From assembly GCA_031835245.2 (NCBI GenBank), contig JAVKOQ020000015.1:248001-312000 (forward strand): 64,000 nucleotides of DNA, read 5' to 3'. The notes below the pieces were generated by a model, which did no database searches, had not been told where the DNA came from, and worked only from the letters and a program-made list of their open reading frames with translations. The DNA is from Balamuthia mandrillaris. Its lineage: Eukaryota. Position numbers and translations under genes: made by a program. This document shows, in pieces, positions 56,919-64,000 of this stretch. Positions within the stretch are counted from its first letter, which is position 1, and every line of letters starts with the position of its first letter.

Positions 56919-58048
56919 TTAAACAAAGACCCTGTCTAATAATTCTTTGCTCTCCTTAAGGTCCTCTCGCTCCAAAGGATGCGTTATCTTCTTAACTCGA
57001 ACTTCTTGTAGTTCGCCTGCCATCAACGTTTCGTCCAGTAGTTGATATGCCTTTTTGTTCAAAGCGTCAGAACCAAAAAAAAGATGGCAAAAAGAAGCGA
57101 GAGAACGAAGGAGGCAGAGAGAGAGAGAGAGAGAGAGAACGAAAAAATAAAAGAAAGGACTCATCAAAAGTGTAAAAAGTGTCAACAATGATTGTTCAGG
57201 AAGATAACGCAGTTTGTTTGAACATAATCTTCGTCCTTGTTGTGGAAGAGAAAAGAGAAAGAGAAACGACGAAAGAGGGTAGAGGGAAGAGGAAGAGGAA
57301 GAGGAAGAGGAAGAGGAAGAGGAAGAGGAAGAGGAAGAGGAAGAGGAAGAGGAAGAGGAAGAGGAAGAGGAAGAGGAAGAGGAAGAGGAAGAGGAAGAGG
57401 AAAGCTAATTACTCTATCAAAGTTATAAATGAGGTCCAGCTCGCACACCTCCCCAAAATAGCTGTCCAGTGCTCTCACCAAAAGGTGTATTATCTGCATA
57501 CAGAAAAAATATTAAGGTAGGAAGCAACGAGTCTACTAAAGGGTCATCACACAAAAAAAAATACCTCCAACATGATCAGCTCGTTATCGCTGGTATCACA
57601 ACAAACAATAAAGTACAGACTCGCATATCTACAGTACCACTCACAAAATGTTATTTGAAAGGGCATAAGAAGGAGAGAGAGAGAGAGAGGAGAGAGAGAA
57701 CAAAAGACAGAAAAGAAAGAAAGACACGACCAGAGAAGTAAAGTGAAGAGAAGAGTGAAAAAACAAAGAGAATGAGGGGAAAAAAACCTGCGATAAATGA
57801 TGGTGTAGTCTTTCCATGGAACAAAATTGCAGTGTCGAGGGTGTCTCCGGAGGACCAGGTTGATCATCTCCTTGGTGAGCCGCTCGCGCTCCTTGCTGGT
57901 GTGCGCCGTGTAATACTTATTGAGCCTTATCTTGCCCTGTCTGTTCAGACAAAGCAGCCAATGGATCTATTTTTTGTAAGAAAGAAAGGAAGAGCTATAG
58001 GTCAGAGAGGTTGTGTGTCACACGAAGAAAAAAAAAGTCGCGTACCAT
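56919..58048 (-). CDS. Adaptor protein complex small (sigma) subunit, AP-1/AP-2-like, 5 coding exons (first is ATG only)
   Basis: M|IHWLLCLNRQGKIRLNKYY; IIYR|RYASLYF; DNELIMLE|IIH; YFGEVCELDLIYNF; LDETLMAGELQE. Confidence 0.92.
57285..57402. repeat. (GAGGAA)n hexanucleotide repeat in a sigma-adaptin intron
   Basis: About 19 perfect copies. Confidence 0.92.
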
Positions 58049-58345
58049 CCTTCAAAAAAATATTAAAAAATAAAATGAACAAAAAAAAAGGCGGTTGCGG
58101 ATGCTGTGTGGTGCTTTAGGTCTGCGCACTATTCCGGTGGCATTACAGTACTCCGAGAAGAGAGCAGCAGTGCGACGACGATCACTTGCGGCTGCCTTTT
58201 CGTTTTTGTTTTAAAAACCTCTTCTTCTTTTCGTTATTTTCTTTTTAGGCATCACATTCCTTGCATTCCGATAATGTCTTACATACTTTGCATTGCCAAC
58301 TAATTTCGTGTCGTCATAATAGTAAATTTAATAATTAAAATAACT

Positions 58346-58665
58346 AAGGCGGCGCCAAGATCAAGCCGATCAATGGGACAACGAAAATAAAGCAAAATTA
58401 GTAAAAGGAAAAAGAAAAGAAGAGAAGAGAAGAAAAGAAAACGAGTAGCAGAAAAGTGTCAAGGCGAATGACGAGTACCAAAAGTTTATTGGCGGCAGCA
58501 GCAGCATGAGCATCCATTCCGTACACCCCAACCCACCACTTTGCCTTCAGAGACGTGGGAGAAGGAAGGGTTGTTTTGGCGGGAAACATGCTCATTGGCC
58601 CAAAAGACTAATGTCGTGATTTCTTTTTTCGTTGTCCTTAGATCTTATGATCTTTGCGCCGCCTT
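58346..58665. mobile_element. Non-autonomous TIR element (MITE-like, Mutator-type TSD length)
   Basis: Left end aaggcggcgccaagatca...ggacaacgaaaa is the imperfect inverse of right end ttttcgttgtcc...tgatctttgcgccgcctt. Identical flanking direct repeat attaaaataact at 58334-58345 and 58666-58677. Confidence 0.75.
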
Positions 58666-59019
58666 ATTAAAATAACTGTGATGGTGTCGTCACATAAGTC
58701 TACAAGAATAGAGTCAGCTGCATCGGAGTCATGCCGTGACCAACCATCGACAGCGGAATATGACGACATGGAGAAACAAGAGAGAATCACTTAGAACCCT
58801 CAACAGAAGAGAAAGATATAAAGGCGAGCAACGATGCTCACACACATACAGAGAGACTTACACTGTTACACACATATCCCCTCTTACAAATAAACACAAG
58901 GTGACGCGATCACCGTTACATAACTAAAAATAAGGTGTCCTTTCGCTCATCTTCCCGCAAAGCAGAAGGAAGGCGCGGTCGGTGTAAAAGGAGACCCTCC
59001 CCACAGTGGGTTACTTGGG

Positions 59020-61314
59020 TTAAATGCGGTCCAACAGGTAACGAGCGGTGAGGGCAACGACGGGGGTGGCGGTGGGTTTGCCGTGTTGGTAGTCACCGCC
59101 CTCCGCAGCGGAGCCGGCAATGTCCAAGTGGCTGAAGCAAAGCGGATGCTCGGAGTCACGGCCGTGCTTCTGCAATCCAGAGGCCACGATGATAAACGCC
59201 GCTGGGAACTGTGTATTTCGAGCATGGTATTTTGTGTAGTAAGAGGAGGAGAGATGAGAGAAGAAAAAGATTAGAGGAGGAGGGCAGAATGCAGAGCTTC
59301 AGAAAGAGAGCGGGAAGGGAGGGGGCAGAGAAGAAAGAAAAGAGCTAAAGTAAGAAAAGAGCAGAGAACACCGAACCTGATGACCACGTGCAGTCATGGA
59401 AGAAGGAAGGTTGTTGCATTGGAGGACATCATAGGCAGAGTTCTTGGGGGCGATGAGGTCGTAATCCTCCCTGCGAAGGGTGGAGATCTCGAAGGGGTCG
59501 CCCCACTGGTGGGCCACAGCCTGCAGCTTGGGAGAGAGACCTTGCGCGTGAGCTGGTCCGTTGTCCAATGTGATGGAGTAAGGGCCAACAGCCCTGCCAG
59601 CATGGCCCGTCAAGGTGGCGCACGTCATCAAACGAGCGTTCTTCTCCTGTTCATTCATATGTTTCAGAAAGAAAAACGACGGAAGAGAGGAAGTAACGAG
59701 GCAATAAGCCAAATTAAAAAAAGAAAGAAAGAAAAGCGAAAAGCGGACAAGACAAAAGAAAAGCACCTTCAAAGCCTTCTCACGCAAATGAGAGACGCAG
59801 TCCGTGAGAACCATTCTTCCCTCAGCATCCGTGTTTCCAACCATTACACGAACGCCAGCATGAGAGACGATGATTTCATCAGCAACATAGTTGTCAGCGC
59901 CGCTGCTGTTCCTCACAAACGCGAGCTCCGCCAAGACCTTCACTCCCTTGGGCTTCAGCAGGGAGACGGTCTTGAGGAAGCCAGCCACACCGGCGGCTCC
60001 TCCCTTGTCCATGTGCATGCCCGCCATGTGGCCTCCGTACTTGATGTCAGCACCTCCTGTATCATAGACGATACCCTTTTACGTTGCATACAAAACTCCC
60101 CATTAGGTACAAAGTTGAAAGGCTAAGAGAAATGGATGGTACCTTGCCGGCAAGCAAAAGCGTCTCATCAATTTCACCCTCTCCAGCATACTCCAGTCGC
60201 ACAATGCAGGGGGAGTGCCTGTCTACCTGCGTGGAGCAGCGGCCCACTGCATAAGCCAACGGATACTCCTTCTTTAGCTCTTGCAGGTCTGCAACCACTT
60301 CAACCGACACTCCAGATCCTTTATCGAACAAACGACATAAAAGTGAGTTTGTGTTGAACAAAACGAAAAGAAAGTAGACAGTACCGTTGAAAGCTTCAGT
60401 GAGGTACTTGGCGGCATTGTGTGGGGTCATGCGCTCGGGATCGGCGCTGCCAATGTCCCTGGCCACGCGGCGACCGTGCTCCATGGCGCTCACCACATGG
60501 GTGAGGTAGTTGCCCTTCTCTTGGTCGTCAATCACGAAGCCAACGGTCTCGGTGGGCTCCAGCTGTTGTTCACCGAGATGTTCACGAGCTTGAAGTGGCT
60601 GTCATCACACAGATAAGTGATAACGAAACGAGAAGCTTCAACAAAATAGAGGAAGAATAAAGTAGGAGCGAATAGCGAAGCAAGAAGAAGAACCTCGTAA
60701 AGAGCAGCCAGAGCAGCAAGCAGGGAGACCTCGAGGAATTTGGACAGCTCCTCGGGCAGCGGTCCTTCCCTCTCGGCAACTACCAAAAGAGGACGCAGAG
60801 AACCTGCTTTCTTGGCCCTTTTTTCACAACCCCAAAAAAATGTTTGTTATATCGTTTGAAATCACAAGGCTACACAACGAATAAAGACAAAACGAAAGAA
60901 GCATGAAGAATGAAGAACGAACCTGAGGACGCCAGCTTTGGCAGCATCAGCGTAGCGACGAACGTCGTCTTGGTCACGGGACAGCGGGCCTGTGGGGCTG
61001 AAGACGAGACGGCCACCAGCAGCCTGCTTCTCATCCACCACCACCAAGTTGGTAGTCGCGGCAAAAGCAGCATCAACCTGGAAATCATGCTTTGAAAATC
61101 AGTTTTTTGTTTTTCACTCACACACACACAAAAAAAAATGTAGCAGTTTGATGAGAAGCAGCATTATAAAAACCTTGGTGGTTCGTTCTACCACATCGTG
61201 AAAGGGCAGGTGCTGAAGTTTGGCCTGCGCGTCAGGCACCACCAACACCACAGCGTCAAAGTCAGAGGAGGTTACGGCCTCAGGGCCAACCGCTACAAGT
61301 TTTGGCACTCCCAT
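59020..61314 (-). CDS. M17 leucyl aminopeptidase family protein, multi-exon
   Basis: GRLVFSPTGPLSRDQDDVRR; ARDIGSADPERM; GK|GIVYDTGGADIK; MDKGGAA; NTDAEGR; ATLTGH; HLDIAG. Confidence 0.93.
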
Positions 61315-61539
61315 CCGTCGTCTCTCTCTTTCTCTCACTCTCTGCCCAAACAAAAATAGAATTTCTTCTCTTCTCATGTCGACTCGATAGCCAACACAAT
61401 TCAAGTCGACTTTTCTCACGTCCATCCATAGTAGTCTGGAGAGGAGATTAGACATGAGAAACCTGAAAATGAATGCACCCAATATATTCATTCGCTCGTT
61501 GCCCAAGAAGAACCACGAAAGGGTCCGACTCCCCAGAGA

Positions 61540-61875
61540 ATGTTCTCCAAGAGAAGAGCCAATGGAGCAAGCGCTGAGACCACCACCAGCCTCGAGGCCT
61601 CAGCGTTGGGAGAGGCTACCGCGGAAGGAGGCATCGCCGGAGAGTTGGACGAAGGCGGAGGAGCGGAGGAATATCGGAGTCCTCGTTACAGGGCCTACAA
61701 ACGTCAACTCAACGAAAGAAAGAAGGAAAAGGAGCATACGTGCTTGAACAAAAAAGCACAGTCCGCCAAGAGCTCTTCGGACTTGCTTCGGCAAGCCTTC
61801 TCCGCGCAGCAGATAGCGCTGTCTCAGGAGCTTGACCTCGCTCAACGTGCGTTACATTGTTCGAACTGTGTCTTG

Positions 61876-61924
<49 letters not shown>

Positions 61925-62691
61925 GAAGAGCTAAGTCAGATGTTTACAGGAACACTTCGTAAAAGGAGCACGAAAGAGAAGAAAAAGAGCAATGAAAGAG
62001 GTTCTGGTATCGTCTATTTCGATGTAATTGGTACATTTCTCTTCTTATCGTCTTGCTCCTCCTCTCTCTCTCTCTCTCGCTCTCTCCCTCTCTCCCCTCC
62101 TGATAAACATTCAAAAAAAAAACAGTAATAGAAGCAGAAAAACTCAGCTCTGAAAACAACGAAGCGATAAAGGCATGTTGCTCCGTTCAGCTTCAAGACT
62201 CCTCTCAGGTTGCTCGTACAGTTGCAACTTTGTCTTCGCGTACATTTTCCTGGAACACTTCTTTCACTTTGTACCAAAACTTCGTTCTTTTTAAGCCTTC
62301 TCTTTTTTTTTTCATTCTCTAACATCTCTCTCTCTCTCTCTCTCTATCTCAAAGTTCTTATGCAGAAGAAAAAGAAGACGAAGCAGATACGGAACAACGA
62401 AAAAGCCATTTGTTGGAGTTTACGATAAAGAACAAACTCCAAAAGGGCTCTATCCTCGGCAAACTTGTCTTGGATGTCTCCTCCTTCTCCATGAACCAAG
62501 TGCATGATCTGTGGTTGGACCTCCGCCATCCTCTCTACGAAGCACCAGAAGAATGGTTGTGGAGTGGTCCTCAAAGCGATAGAGGGAGCCTCCAGAGAAG
62601 CACTGCCCAGTCTTGCGGCTTTCTGCATTGTCGTGTTCAGCGACATCAACATTTTTCGGTTAGTATGCTATATGAGAGAAGAGAAGAACGT

Positions 62692-62737
<46 letters not shown>

Positions 62738-63700
62738 CTAATGAGAGAAAGAGAACCAGAGTACTCACGATTTTGTGCCATTTCAACAGAAGGGGATGTT
62801 GGCACATTTGGGAGTGCCGTTGAAGGGTATTCCGGTGCGTGTTGCGGTTGGTGACATCGTTATGTTTAGCGAGCGAGTGGCTACTGCAAAACGTGCGATG
62901 CATCTTGCCACAGGTTCCGAGGTTCGTCTATTTTTCTTTCTTCATTCTTCTTCTTTGCTTATGTGAAGGCGACTAGTGGGATCATTTGGCAATGATTGCA
63001 GTCTACGAAGATGACAAGAAGAAGACAAAAGAAAAGGATGAAGAAGAGAATGGGAGTCCAAACATAAAACTCGTACTGCTGGAAGCAACCAAAGTGGGGG
63101 TGGATGCTTGTAATTTGAACGTTCGACTGCAGAGCTACCGTGAGAGCGCGAGGCTTGGTATTCGGCGGCTTCAACACTTTCCACGAACTCCACGCTGCTA
63201 TAACGTACTTCTTTGCTCGTGATGCGCTTGTTGTCTATTCTGACCTTCTTTCTTTTGATGTCATTGTGAAGGTTGTCCAAGAGTTTGTTGAATCGGTGTT
63301 AGGCAAGCCATACCACTTGAACCTGGTCGAGATCTTCAAAGGGCTAGTAGGTAAACAACAATTGGCCAACCCTGAAGAGCACGAAGAAGGGTTCTTTTGC
63401 TCTCAACTTGTTGCTGCCGCATACCAAAAGTACTTTCGTCTATTCTCTTTCGTCCTTCCTTCCTCCCTCTTCATTCTTCTTCCTTGCTCTCTTCTCGTGT
63501 TCTTTTCTCACTGTTGAGTTGACCGTATAAACAGACTAGAGCTGCTTCCATCAACGGTGGCATCCACAAACTACCTTCCTCATCACTTTGATCAGGCAGA
63601 AGACAAGGAGAAAGAAGAAGAGCGCCATCAAGTGAAACTGTTTGGCTTTGTTGGCTTCGAACCGATTGTCATTATTCCAAAGCGTAAAGCGCAGAACTGA
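61540..63700 (+). CDS. C2-domain protein with C-terminal permuted papain-like NlpC/P60 (YiiX/YebB, peptidase C92-like) domain, multi-exon
   Basis: C2-like (VIEAEKL...ILGKLVLDVSSFSMNQVHDLWLDL), then GDIVMF, WDHLAM, LLEAT, GKPY, FFCSQLVAAAYQ, NYLP. Confidence 0.75.
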
Positions 63701-63775
63701 TGCTACAACAATCCATTCGTTTCTTGTCTCTTTGTCGTTCTTCTTGTTCTTGTCCGTTCTTTGTTGGTTCTGTGG

Positions 63776-64000
63776 TTAGAAAAGAAGACATTGCAGTTGT
63801 TGGAAGCAAGTATCAACGTCTTCATCATTGTCGTCTTCTTTGTTTCTCCGACCGGAGACAAAACGAAAGCAAAAAGGAACGCAAGAAGATTCTTGTACAG
63901 TCGTTCGCCCTTGGTTGTGATGACGTTGTTGTCGCCCCAACAGAGTTGCCATGACACTCTCCGCAAAGCCTTGTTCGTCTTCTTCCAACTCAAATTCTTC
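63776..64000 (-). CDS. 3' end of a gene extending beyond the window, ending in CaaX-like CLLF
   Basis: Frame open from the window edge to the stop at 63776; terminal residues QCLLF*. Confidence 0.45.
   Translation of the reverse strand, partial: EEFELEEDEQGFAESVMATLLGRQQRHHNQGRTTVQESSCVPFCFRFVSGRRNKEDDNDEDVDTCFQQLQCLLF

Overview
Gene-dense, intron-rich eukaryotic DNA with about 23 protein-coding loci. Introns are mostly short GT-AG introns, many filled with microsatellites, and the proteins carry many low-complexity runs. Composition and gene content suggest a free-living amoeba such as Balamuthia or Acanthamoeba (inference only). Gene models were assembled by hand across introns. In order they encode: an F-box/multi-TM protein, a p24/GOLD protein, a fatty-acid hydroxylase, an Sct1/Gpt2-type GPAT, a hypothetical coiled-coil protein, PIF1, an MDR-family quinone reductase, AsnRS, a large putative nuclear regulator, PrxQ/BCP, SGF29, a CAMK-group kinase, a UFD1-N + TRAF zinc-finger protein, a bacterial-type SIMPL protein, an LRR + BC-box protein, a CHD remodeller with FYRN/FYRC, a DEAD-box helicase, Elongin A, a cytochrome P450, a giant-virus-style ankyrin protein, an AP sigma subunit, an M17 aminopeptidase, a C2 + permuted NlpC/P60 protein, and the CaaX-ending tail of a gene leaving the window. 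No rRNA, tRNA or CRISPR was seen. Highlights: a ~320 bp MITE-like element with TIRs and a 10-12 bp TSD (58.3-58.7 kb); two intronless foreign-looking genes (SIMPL, and a 'GCPWD' ankyrin gene with an in-frame stop); unusual domain fusions; two non-canonical splice sites; and a recurrent intergenic TGTCG(A/T)CA motif with duplicated intergenic modules. No single multi-gene novel system could be established from sequence alone.
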